The position numbers were made by a program, and so were the translations under genes. Under the pieces are notes generated by a model. The model saw only the letters and a list, made by a program, of their open reading frames with translations. It did not search any database and had not been told where the DNA came from. Below are positions 7,586-17,251 of a DNA stretch of 32,000 nucleotides, piece after piece. The DNA comes from Candidatus Thorarchaeota archaeon (GTDB taxonomy: Archaea; Asgardarchaeota; Thorarchaeia; Thorarchaeales; Thorarchaeaceae), in NCBI GenBank assembly GCA_008080745.1, contig SHMX01000003.1, forward strand, positions 450,001-482,000, given 5' to 3'. Each line of letters starts with the position of its first letter. Within the stretch, counting starts at the first letter, position 1.

Positions 7586-10500
7586 TTATTCTTCTAATTC
7601 GTCCTCCTCAGGTTCATCTAAGTCAGACTCTTCAGTATCGATTTCTGCAGAGGCTTCGTCCTCAGCTTCACTAGCGGTATCCTCTTCTTCGGACTCGGAC
7701 ACATCAGTGTCGGACTCGCTATCCTCGCTGGATACTTCTTCCTCGGCTGGTTCTTCTACCTCTTCGACTTCTTCTTCGGGAGTCTCTTCAATACCTTCCT
7801 CAGAAACCTCGGGTTCGGTAATGCTTTCATCTTCAGCTTCAATCTCAGCTTCACCCTCTATCGAGTCAGTTTCAGCATCATCTTCAGGAAGTTCAGCTTC
7901 TTCGTCACCCAAGTCATCCTCTGTAGACTCTGTTTCTTCGACTTCATCAATGTCCTCAGGAAGATCATCAGACTCAATATCTACCTCGTCAACCGTGATG
8001 GCATCAAGTTCTGCACTAAGTTCCTCCTCAATTGAGGGGCCAGTGTCAACAAAGTCTGTGCCTTCAGTTCCAATCTCGTCAAGTGCATCTAGTTCACCTA
8101 GAAGATCATCGGTCTCATCTGTGAGAAGATCTTCATAGGGCTCTTCGATGAACTCATCGATTACTGGAGCGGTAATGTCGAGATCAGCCAATCCAGGAGC
8201 TAGGATATCTGATACAACCATGCCCATGGTGGCAATACCTTCGACACTAGCAGGCTTACCATTCTCGATGTCACTGATTGCTCGGTTAATCTGTTTGATG
8301 TGGAATGGAACTCTCCATCTCTGAATAGCTACTACTGCCAAGCCTATTACAATGAATAGACCAGTCATTACACCGATAGTTGTCAGAGTTGAAACTGGTA
8401 CTCTAAAGCCAGTACCCAGAATGTCAACGGTTGGTTCAGAAACAGTCACACGAAGTGTGGATGTCTTATTCTGATACATCGGAGCGGATGCAGAGATACT
8501 TAGTTCATATGGAGCTGATTGGATAACACCAATCTGAGCTGTAGTCAATTGAATTGAGTAATGTGTTCCATTGAAGGTGAAGTCATCCAGATCAAAGGAG
8601 GTTACTGGAGTTGTCAGAGTCATCTCAAGACCAGATATTGTTGGAGTCATTGGTACATCTGATGATATATCCAAGAACTGCCAAGTAAGGAGGAAGTTCA
8701 TCCCGTCCTCTACAACCCGATCCTGTCCCGTCAATGAAGTGTCTGCATATATAATGAGAGTTGGATGGATGGTTATTGAGGTGTAGTTCTGCAGTGTTGC
8801 AGTGATGTTCAATGTGAACATACCAGGAATCTTACTGATTGGCATTAATGACGGATTGAAGTTCATCAGATAGGTTCCACTGGAGGATCGATAGGTTGCG
8901 GTGAATGGTTCACCAGCGTACATCATTGTGATGCTAGCTCCTGCAAGAGCACCAGTGAGGTCAACCTGAAGATCTGCTACTTCGAACTCCAGAATCACAT
9001 CAATACCTGTCACACCATATGTTGTAGTGTATATGTCCTCATTAGGTGTAAGAGAGGTGTCAACTGTTGCTATGGTAACAGGGATAACCAAATCAGGTAT
9101 AGTATAGTTCTCGTTATCTACCCGGACAATCAAGTTGTAACTGCCAGCGGGCACTTGAGAGGTATCTACTGTCACTGCATAATCGTTTGGAGATGGTAAG
9201 AAGGTCAAAGCATATTGAGTTGTGTAGCCACTCCAAATATAGTAGACATAGACATTCTCTAGAGTTTCAGTAACCAAGTAGATTCGGTTGACTTCAACCT
9301 GAAGGTCGAAAGTCTCGGACCACTTGTAAGTGGGAGAATCCTGAGTTGGTGCCACCTTTATACATTCACCCTCAATTGGGTCAATGTATAATGATGTCAT
9401 GTTCACGTTGTCAACATAGTTAGGCAATGTGTATGTGAAGGTTAGATTGTAGGCACCATAAGAGGCAGCAAACCAATCATCTGATGTTAGCTGAATCTCA
9501 AAAGTTCCATCACCATTATTGGTCATGACCCATGAGTAATCATCCATAGTGATTGTGACCTCAGCACCTAACCAAATGAAACCACCATGTAAGTCATCGT
9601 AGAGAGATGCTGTGATGGTGAAATCATCTGTCCAATTCACATGTCCAATCGGATCAATCACCAGTGAAGCATCTGTCTCTTGGACCAATACTATAACAGT
9701 AGTCAGTTGATGGCTTGCATATCCAGACTTCTCCATTGTGATTTGTATCACATAGACCGAACCTTGCACATTAGCATTCATATTCAGAGCCTTGGTATCA
9801 ACCGTAAAGGTGTACCAACCACCACCAAGATTGTACATTGTTGCAATCTCAGTGGAGGGGCTAAGTAATTGATACAGTTGACTATCAGGGTTGTCAATTG
9901 TTCCGCCATCCAGAGTGTTATTCCAATAGAAGGTAACATTGAACACATCTGCATAGAATTGTTCAAAGTATTGACTATCTAGGACTATCTCATTCGGTAC
10001 GGAATTAATTCTGACAAATACAGTTGTGATCGCAGTGGTTGCATCAGCCATTGTTGCAGTGATGGTAATTGCATAGAGGTCATCCTCCATAGGTACCGCA
10101 TCAAATGCATTCAGAGTGGTATTGTATATTCCACCAGCGTATGGATCTAGAGTACCTGATTGGTCAACCACGAACTCCATGTACCAATTGTATGCCACTG
10201 TAGCCCCAAGCACTGGGTCATTATCACGGGACTGATCCATTAAAGTAATCTCGATATCGAAGGTGTGAGTCCAATATGCCTCTAATGGGCTCTCAGCTGA
10301 ACCATATTCAGTCTGAATGAACAATGGAATCCTAACAGTGATATTCAGAAATACTTGGGCATCCTCGTGATTAGTCAATGACATAGTGATATCTAAACAG
10401 TAATCTCCAGACTCGATCAGAGTATTGACTTGGAATCGGTAGGTACCAGCCCCAAGATACTCAACTGTGACGGATTTGCTCCAATTATGCACATAGCTTG

Positions 10501-13500
10501 CACCAGCAAGCCCTGTACCATCAGTTCTATTGAATACGAGGTCAAAGTGAAGAGATTCACCCCAATCAACAACTACATCTCCACTACCGACTGGTTCAGG
10601 ATTTAGGTCAGTCTGTGCTGCAGAAACTACAAAATAGCTATCAGTCATCCAAGCAAACTCGTAGTTATTCTTACTGCATGTCACGTTGATATGCCAATTT
10701 CCAACAGGGAGAAGATCTTTTGAGAAATCATATTCATAGACTCCTATTGTCTGTGACATGATAGAGGTCTCAGTGAGATAGACTTGTCCAGTATCATTGT
10801 TAATCCAATACACAGTCACTGATATTCCTGTAAGGCCAGGATCAGTTGAGTTGGTACTGAATTGATATTCAAATGTGAACGAGTCAGCTGCTGGAGACCA
10901 TTCATAATTTGATGGACCTGTTAATACTACCTCCATTGGTACCTCGTCTATGACAAGGTCGACAATAATTGTCTGTCCAACGTAATTCTGTTTATTCAAG
11001 GTCACAGTAAGAGTGTAACTACCTACATTTAATCCATGAATTGCAGATGATGGTAGATCGTAGAAGACTCCATTCTCAGATAAGAATCCTGATCTTAGCA
11101 GAGTCGTACCACGCTTAATTGTCCATGAGTAGACCGAAAGATCTGTGACATTCACGTCATTGGTTATATCTTCAAGCCAGAAACTGTGGTCGGTATGTGT
11201 TTTGTAATAGTCGTTTATCAAATAGGTATCAAATGCATCTTGTGTTGTCTGTGCATTTAGAACTGTCAGGTAGATAGTCAGTTCTGTTGGGTCATCATAA
11301 TTTGCTGGATTGGCATGTGCCCAGACTTTGATGACATAAGGTGTATCCGATGCATTTAGCATCCAGTAATCAGTGTCAACAATCATTGTGAAATTGATTG
11401 CATCTTCTTTGATGACCCAATCATATGCACTTTGATTCCACGTACCAGTTGCCACAGGTGTTATACCCATGTATACAGTGTAATTCACCCAGTAGATATC
11501 ACTTGAAGGACTAATAGCACTTGTAGTTGTACCATCAAGGTCTCGATCAAAGAAACCAACAGTCCATGAGGCATTCTGACCCCATCGAACATTAAGGAAA
11601 TATGTCGTCGAATTCAGCTCTGTGTAACTATCAGCATAAGTTGGTGAGGCAATGGTCACGTTATTCCAGAACCACCAATCCTTATCACAAGTCGCATATT
11701 GAAGTGTTGCACTCTCCTCACCTGCAATAACTGATAGATTATATCCTACAGAATATGGTGTACTCATGTTAGCATGAATGAAAAAGAATGTAACATGACC
11801 TGTACTATTGGTAGTACCTTGAGCAACCAGGCCTCCACCGACTAAAGTCACATTCACTTGAGCTCCCTGTACAAAGGTAGTAGGACTTGTTCGAACGTTC
11901 ACGATCAAACGAGAAATTGGAATTTCAATCACTTGTTCGTAATATCCCTGTAAGTCTACGATTGATTCAGTATTATTTCTAGCCAGTGGGGTTTCATCAT
12001 AGTCATCAGCAATCCAAGCATCAATATTCCAAGTACCATTTACAACTCTGTAGAAGGTATAATTACCATTCTCATCGCTGTATTCAGTAATCTTGTAGAC
12101 ATCTTGGTCAACTGAGTTGTTGACAGTGATGGTAGCTCCTTCAATCATCTGTTCATCCCATGAGGGGAGATTGATTGTGAAGGTTACAAGCGGAATTTCC
12201 CAATAATATTCAGGAGTTCCACCAAATTCAGTATCAGAGATAGACCAGTTAGCAAATTCGAGAATATTGTCATAATTGTAAGATTCTACGGGTCCAGTAT
12301 ATCTTGCAAAGAAACTGTAGTCGTCTACTGGAATTCGGTAGAAATTCGCCCAACCAGTACTGTTGACTTCAGAAGTGAAGACATAGTTACTAGTCCCGTC
12401 ATTGGAACCATCAGTGATATTTGATGCTCTAATATAGAGGGTCTCATCAGCAGTCTTTGCAATGGTATCACCCATCAAATCTTCAGCATGAATGTCAAAG
12501 CTACCCATAGGCATGACAATAGTTACCGGAGTTACTGAACCAGTGATATCGTGGTTTGAATCGTTTCTAACCCAGACAGCTGTATAATCAGTAAAACCAC
12601 CTAGCCAGTTCTTTGCGTCAATACTAGTTTGAATCTCATAAGTTGCATTGTCGAGACCCTCGAACACAACTAGACCATTAGAATCAGTTGTATCTGTTCG
12701 GGTTCCACCCTGGTCGTCTGTCCAAAGAACGTGTGTGTTTGGATCATGTAGACTTACAGCAACGCCCTCTACTGGAATACCATCAACATCAACAACAGTG
12801 ATATCAAATTCAAACAGGTGTACTTCATCACCATATTCTGCAACTAACCTAGCTTGGTCAACATCAGAATGATAGGATGGAACCATCCATCCATATCCAG
12901 TATCGGAAGTTGGATTATAGGGTGCAGAAGTAGAAAATCTGCCTAGGTTGACAATACTAATGCTTGCATTGGAATTGATATGATACAGAGTCATTGAGGA
13001 CGATACCGGCCTGAATGCAGCACAGCCACCTGCAGGAATCTGAAGCTGGCCATCGTTGTAGCCGTCAATATCCACCAGTGCGTTTTCTTGAGCCACAATC
13101 ATAAACTTGTAAGAGTTAATACCCCACATTTTGAAGTCGGTGCCAAATCGATCTCCAGTAATAGTAGGCATCCAATCTCCAGCATCTCTTGCATTCGCTG
13201 GGTCATATACTCCTTCAACCATCAACATTGCTCCAGAATCACCACGGATGTGAGTCACATCTTCAGGATTAGTATCTGAGGCAACACCATGAGCAATTAG
13301 AGAAGAGCTGTTTGCCGCAACAGTGATAGTAGTCCATGAGGACCATCCAGATCCAGCATTGCGACGCCAGTCAACATCAACGGTAGAGTCTCCAAGATTT
13401 GTTACTCGTATCCAATCATTACCATTACCCATGTCAATGATGTAGAACTCCTCTCCAGCTAATTGACCATCTACTGTGGAATAGCATCCCCATATGTCTC

Positions 13501-14668
13501 GTGCAAATGCCGAATCAACGTCGCCTGCACGGAAAGATAGAAGATTGGTTGAATTAACCATTGAAATAACGTTGTAGTCAACTTGTCGCTTTGCTATGTA
13601 CTCACCTGCATCTAATACAGCAGGCCATTCTGTAACTGCAGAGCCATTATAGAATTCCCAAAGGGTGAAATCATCAGCAGCGCCAGTTGAATCCCATGCA
13701 TAAACTTCAGTGTTATCTTCCATTGCCTGAGCCCAATAAGTGCCCTCGTTTCGGTCATCAAATCCTTCAACTCCACCGAGGATAAACTCATGACCCACAC
13801 CATAACCAAGCTGGTCGACTCCGGGGAACCAATCGTTAATAGAAGGATTACTTCCTTCATCACCTTGACCCATATGTACTGATATTGGATAATTAGAATA
13901 AATGGCATAGAACCCATGGAAAAGCGAGTAAGAATAGGTACTTGGTTCGTATCGGGCTGCTTCAAGTTTGTCTAATGTTCCACTTGGAACATTACTTGGA
14001 TATACGCTACCAGATGAACCAGACCAACGAGCATCAAGATTTCGTGGATCATCCCATGAGTCTGTTGTGTCGTCCCACATCTCGATATAGTAATTGTTAC
14101 TATCGTGATATGAAATCATGCTGATTAATGAGAAAGTGTAACTCTTGTAGACGAAGGGATAGTAATCAGGATAACTAACTGTACCAACATCAATCTTGGC
14201 ATAATAGACATAGTAGTTCCAATCAAGTGTACCTTGAGTCATGTTGACTGAGAATGTAACTGTTGCTGATTCAATAAACTCAGCTGAATAATAAGTCACA
14301 TTCCAGACCTGGAAAGGTAACTGTGTCCATGTTTCAGAGCTGTTGTCATAGTAGAGTGCTCGGATGGATCCATCATAGCAGTGACCATTCTCAAAAGTCA
14401 GGTCGATATGTACCGGAACCAGAGTTCTGTCAGAAATACCTGGTTCTGTGAAATTGAAATACCTACGATAGATGTATGTCGAGTTCCACCAGTTTGCTAG
14501 ATCCTGTATTCCAGCAATCTCCATCTCTCCCTCTTGCATAAGCAACGGTGAATCCATTATGTAATCATCAGCAGAAGCTGTATTTGAAATAGGAGTACCA
14601 TTACTTGCTGGAAGGATGAGGAGTACTGCTAGAAAAATCATAATTGATAGTTTTAGTTTGGTATCCAT
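7586..14668 (-). CDS. Giant (2360 aa) single-pass cell-surface protein: signal peptide, DUF2341-like and IgGFc-binding-like regions, Ig-like repeats, TM helix, acidic cytoplasmic tail
   Basis: Signal peptide MDTKLKLSIMIFLAVLLILPA; WWNSTYIYRR..YVYYAK (DUF2341-like); four CarboxypepD_reg-like beta repeats; about ten ~100-aa Ig-like repeats; many NxS/T sequons; TM at ~8324-8390; ~245-aa cytoplasmic tail. Confidence 0.85.
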   Translation of the reverse strand: MDTKLKLSIMIFLAVLLILPASNGTPISNTASADDYIMDSPLLMQEGEMEIAGIQDLANWWNSTYIYRRYFNFTEPGISDRTLVPVHIDLTFENGHCYDGSIRALYYDNSSETWTQLPFQVWNVTYYSAEFIESATVTFSVNMTQGTLDWNYYVYYAKIDVGTVSYPDYYPFVYKSYTFSLISMISYHDSNNYYIEMWDDTTDSWDDPRNLDARWSGSSGSVYPSNVPSGTLDKLEAARYEPSTYSYSLFHGFYAIYSNYPISVHMGQGDEGSNPSINDWFPGVDQLGYGVGHEFILGGVEGFDDRNEGTYWAQAMEDNTEVYAWDSTGAADDFTLWEFYNGSAVTEWPAVLDAGEYIAKRQVDYNVISMVNSTNLLSFRAGDVDSAFARDIWGCYSTVDGQLAGEEFYIIDMGNGNDWIRVTNLGDSTVDVDWRRNAGSGWSSWTTITVAANSSSLIAHGVASDTNPEDVTHIRGDSGAMLMVEGVYDPANARDAGDWMPTITGDRFGTDFKMWGINSYKFMIVAQENALVDIDGYNDGQLQIPAGGCAAFRPVSSSMTLYHINSNASISIVNLGRFSTSAPYNPTSDTGYGWMVPSYHSDVDQARLVAEYGDEVHLFEFDITVVDVDGIPVEGVAVSLHDPNTHVLWTDDQGGTRTDTTDSNGLVVFEGLDNATYEIQTSIDAKNWLGGFTDYTAVWVRNDSNHDITGSVTPVTIVMPMGSFDIHAEDLMGDTIAKTADETLYIRASNITDGSNDGTSNYVFTSEVNSTGWANFYRIPVDDYSFFARYTGPVESYNYDNILEFANWSISDTEFGGTPEYYWEIPLVTFTINLPSWDEQMIEGATITVNNSVDQDVYKITEYSDENGNYTFYRVVNGTWNIDAWIADDYDETPLARNNTESIVDLQGYYEQVIEIPISRLIVNVRTSPTTFVQGAQVNVTLVGGGLVAQGTTNSTGHVTFFFIHANMSTPYSVGYNLSVIAGEESATLQYATCDKDWWFWNNVTIASPTYADSYTELNSTTYFLNVRWGQNASWTVGFFDRDLDGTTTSAISPSSDIYWVNYTVYMGITPVATGTWNQSAYDWVIKEDAINFTMIVDTDYWMLNASDTPYVIKVWAHANPANYDDPTELTIYLTVLNAQTTQDAFDTYLINDYYKTHTDHSFWLEDITNDVNVTDLSVYSWTIKRGTTLLRSGFLSENGVFYDLPSSAIHGLNVGSYTLTVTLNKQNYVGQTIIVDLVIDEVPMEVVLTGPSNYEWSPAADSFTFEYQFSTNSTDPGLTGISVTVYWINNDTGQVYLTETSIMSQTIGVYEYDFSKDLLPVGNWHINVTCSKNNYEFAWMTDSYFVVSAAQTDLNPEPVGSGDVVVDWGESLHFDLVFNRTDGTGLAGASYVHNWSKSVTVEYLGAGTYRFQVNTLIESGDYCLDITMSLTNHEDAQVFLNITVRIPLFIQTEYGSAESPLEAYWTHTFDIEITLMDQSRDNDPVLGATVAYNWYMEFVVDQSGTLDPYAGGIYNTTLNAFDAVPMEDDLYAITITATMADATTAITTVFVRINSVPNEIVLDSQYFEQFYADVFNVTFYWNNTLDGGTIDNPDSQLYQLLSPSTEIATMYNLGGGWYTFTVDTKALNMNANVQGSVYVIQITMEKSGYASHQLTTVIVLVQETDASLVIDPIGHVNWTDDFTITASLYDDLHGGFIWLGAEVTITMDDYSWVMTNNGDGTFEIQLTSDDWFAASYGAYNLTFTYTLPNYVDNVNMTSLYIDPIEGECIKVAPTQDSPTYKWSETFDLQVEVNRIYLVTETLENVYVYYIWSGYTTQYALTFLPSPNDYAVTVDTSQVPAGSYNLIVRVDNENYTIPDLVIPVTIATVDTSLTPNEDIYTTTYGVTGIDVILEFEVADLQVDLTGALAGASITMMYAGEPFTATYRSSSGTYLMNFNPSLMPISKIPGMFTLNITATLQNYTSITIHPTLIIYADTSLTGQDRVVEDGMNFLLTWQFLDISSDVPMTPTISGLEMTLTTPVTSFDLDDFTFNGTHYSIQLTTAQIGVIQSAPYELSISASAPMYQNKTSTLRVTVSEPTVDILGTGFRVPVSTLTTIGVMTGLFIVIGLAVVAIQRWRVPFHIKQINRAISDIENGKPASVEGIATMGMVVSDILAPGLADLDITAPVIDEFIEEPYEDLLTDETDDLLGELDALDEIGTEGTDFVDTGPSIEEELSAELDAITVDEVDIESDDLPEDIDEVEETESTEDDLGDEEAELPEDDAETDSIEGEAEIEAEDESITEPEVSEEGIEETPEEEVEEVEEPAEEEVSSEDSESDTDVSESEEEDTASEAEDEASAEIDTEESDLDEPEEDELEE

Positions 14669-15835
14669 TTACTCAACCCCCGCGACCATTTTGGTGGCCT
14701 GTGATGGATGGAACTGTCTAAGTACCTCCAAATAGTGCAACGCTTGACGACTTGGAATCTCTTCTGTATTGTACAAGGTTACAGTTCGATCAATTAGCCA
14801 CTCAGGATAGACCGTGATAACTTCAGGACTGCTCTTTAGCAGAACATGTTGTCTACCTTCTTCATCATTTACGGTAATAACAATACCAGCTTTTTCTAGT
14901 TCTTTTAGCAATTTGCGCAGGCTTCCCTGAGTTATGTCCAGCATACCAAGAAGATCTTCACCAACTTGTGGACCCGCTCTGAGAATCTGAAGCAGGTCAT
15001 AGACCTGAAAATCAAGTAGATACTTTGCTAATTCCTCAGCCTCTGCCCAAATAGTTTCTGAGAGGTCTTTCCGAAGTTTAGCGACATATTCGCGATGATA
15101 GCGCTTTGTAGTCTCCAAGAACTGTTTTGCAACAGTTGTTGGGATTTTACCAGCTTGTACTTTCCTTAAGGTCTCTACAGGTGTCTTCCTGAGAATAAGG
15201 ATTGCACGTGTGAGATAGACAACCTCTGAGGCAAGTCCCTCAACCCAACCTGTCGCAATGATACCCATCTTGACTAAAGGGCGTAGAACCATGTCCACAT
15301 CGATTTTCTTACCCACCTCTTCAAAGATCATTTGTTCCAGGTCCGCGTTTTGTACGGTACCGTTTCGAATCAGGGTCTGAAGAAGAGACCTACGTACAGG
15401 GTCACTTAGAATAGACGCTTGTCGTTGCTCTGGCGTCATCTGAGTGTACCGTGAAATCTGTTTGTATAACTTAGGAACCATCTTGACATACTCATCGTCC
15501 TCCAAATTCAAGAAGATCTGAGTGGCCATCTCAGGAAGAGCATCCTTGTACACATCTGGGTCCTCATCTGGACCAAGTACCAAGAACACCATAGATGGTT
15601 GTCCCTTCAAGTGCATGTTGAGCCCGCCGTAATATACTGCGAGCTTAAACTCATCAAAAGCAAGTGAATTAAATCCGGGCTTCTGTGACTCCTCGGTTTC
15701 ACCAAGAGTTGCAATACCATAGACCCGCATGGACGTAGTTGGGTCTAGACCGATTTGTAGACTCTTTGGCGTCTTGGAGGTAACCACAGGTCCCAGTTCA
15801 TCATCCCATTTTAGAACCGCGAGTCCTTCTGGCAT
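14669..15835 (-). CDS. uDENN/NPRL2-type longin domain plus two winged-helix domains
   Basis: LAVLKWDDELGPVVTSKTP matches the uDENN (F/W)(H/D)xxxGP start. wHTH-like segments ILSDPVRRSLLQTLIRNG and LLGMLDITQGSLRKLLKELEKAGIV. Start placed at Met15 (15835, GGAG upstream); the track start is 15877. Confidence 0.7.
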   Translation of the reverse strand: MPEGLAVLKWDDELGPVVTSKTPKSLQIGLDPTTSMRVYGIATLGETEESQKPGFNSLAFDEFKLAVYYGGLNMHLKGQPSMVFLVLGPDEDPDVYKDALPEMATQIFLNLEDDEYVKMVPKLYKQISRYTQMTPEQRQASILSDPVRRSLLQTLIRNGTVQNADLEQMIFEEVGKKIDVDMVLRPLVKMGIIATGWVEGLASEVVYLTRAILILRKTPVETLRKVQAGKIPTTVAKQFLETTKRYHREYVAKLRKDLSETIWAEAEELAKYLLDFQVYDLLQILRAGPQVGEDLLGMLDITQGSLRKLLKELEKAGIVITVNDEEGRQHVLLKSSPEVITVYPEWLIDRTVTLYNTEEIPSRQALHYLEVLRQFHPSQATKMVAGVE

Positions 15836-16071
15836 CGTTTTTTCTCCATTGTGATATCCGACAATATATGGAGTCATCTCTCGATAGAACTAAGGCCTAT
15901 TACGATAGCTGACCCCTTTAATTAAACCACAATTCTTTGTCCCTAGTGAATTATGAAGTGGTCTAACTGTTGTTCGTTCTGTGTTTCTTGAACAAATATT
16001 CCCTAATAAGAAAAATTCGTACGGATATTACAAAATGGAAATATGCTGATACTTTTACTAGATTATGGTAA

Positions 16072-17238
16072 CTAATTTTTACTCAGAAGTGTTACTAACA
16101 TGTTATTTCCAAAGCCGCCAATGTTATGGGTAAGTCCAATCTCAGGATCATCTACTTGAAGAGATGTAGGATACAATCCACGAAGTTGTAGAACGACATC
16201 TCTGATCTGTGCAATACCAGTAGCTCCAGTTGGATGACCACGAGCTTTGAGACCCCCACTTGGATTGACGGGCATGGCTCCACCAACCTCTGACGTTCCG
16301 TTTTTAATAGAGTCGATTGCCGCCCCTCTATCAGCCAGACCAAGGTCCTCCATGTTGACTAGTTCAAGAATAGAGAATGCATCATGAATCTCACAGACAT
16401 CAACGTTCTCGGGTTCGATTCCAGCCATGGTAAAGGCGAGATTGGCAGCATGAATCGTGGCATAGAAAGATGTTAGTGAGAGACGATGTTGAACAGCATG
16501 GTAATCAGTTCCATGTCCAATACCTATCACTCTGATTGCCTGATCTTTCAATCCTAATTGACGGACCATACTATCAGATGCAATAACAGCTGCAGCCGCC
16601 CCATCTGAAGTAGGACAACTATCATAGAGAGTTAGAGGATCTGCAATAATACGACTGGAGCTTACTTTCTCCACAGTCACTTCCTTCTGGAAGTGTGCGA
16701 GAGGATTCTTCGCCCCATTTCGATGTGCTTTAACAGGGACTAAGGATAGTTCATCACGAGTTAACCCATAATCGTGCATGTATCGCCTTGCGACCATAGC
16801 ACCTAGAGCTGCTGGTGTTGCTCCATAGCGAGTTTCGTTATCATAAGACATCATCTTTGCGAGAATTTTTGATGCAATACCACGTTTAACAGCGGACATC
16901 TTCTCAACACCGATCACCAATACCAATTCAGCAAGCCCGGATGCCACCATTGCATAACCGGTTTCAAACGCGCTGGATCCAGAAGATGGGCCAGTCTCAA
17001 CGCGAGTGGCTCCCGCAGGAACAAGACCTAGCCTGTCAGCAAGCAAGGTGGATAGATGACCCTTTCCAGTGAATTCATCGGGATTTTGAGAGCCTACGAT
17101 AATTCGATCAAAGGGATACTCCAGAGTCTGGGAATCCTCCAGTGCCTCGAAGGCGGCTTGTGTTGCCAAATCCGTAATTCCTTCTTCAAGCACCCCAAAA
17201 GGAGTCATTCCAACGCCAATTACATTCACATCAGGCAT
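16072..17238 (-). CDS. Thiolase-fold protein (archaeal/SCP2-type), atypical active site
   Basis: VIGVGMTPFG, SDGAAA, EIHDAF, NPSGGLKARGHPTGATG and HNIGGFG motifs; the usual E-x-x-C-x-S-G nucleophile motif reads ETGPSSG. Start placed at MPDVNV (17238). Confidence 0.9.
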   Translation of the reverse strand: MPDVNVIGVGMTPFGVLEEGITDLATQAAFEALEDSQTLEYPFDRIIVGSQNPDEFTGKGHLSTLLADRLGLVPAGATRVETGPSSGSSAFETGYAMVASGLAELVLVIGVEKMSAVKRGIASKILAKMMSYDNETRYGATPAALGAMVARRYMHDYGLTRDELSLVPVKAHRNGAKNPLAHFQKEVTVEKVSSSRIIADPLTLYDSCPTSDGAAAAVIASDSMVRQLGLKDQAIRVIGIGHGTDYHAVQHRLSLTSFYATIHAANLAFTMAGIEPENVDVCEIHDAFSILELVNMEDLGLADRGAAIDSIKNGTSEVGGAMPVNPSGGLKARGHPTGATGIAQIRDVVLQLRGLYPTSLQVDDPEIGLTHNIGGFGNNMLVTLLSKN

Positions 17239-17251
17239 ATGCATCCGACCT

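Noticed and set aside
7707-8138. 143-aa Ser-rich ORF on the plus strand
   Set aside because: In-register antisense shadow of the Glu/Asp-rich tail (GAA/GAT codons read as TC-/-TC); no independent start signals.
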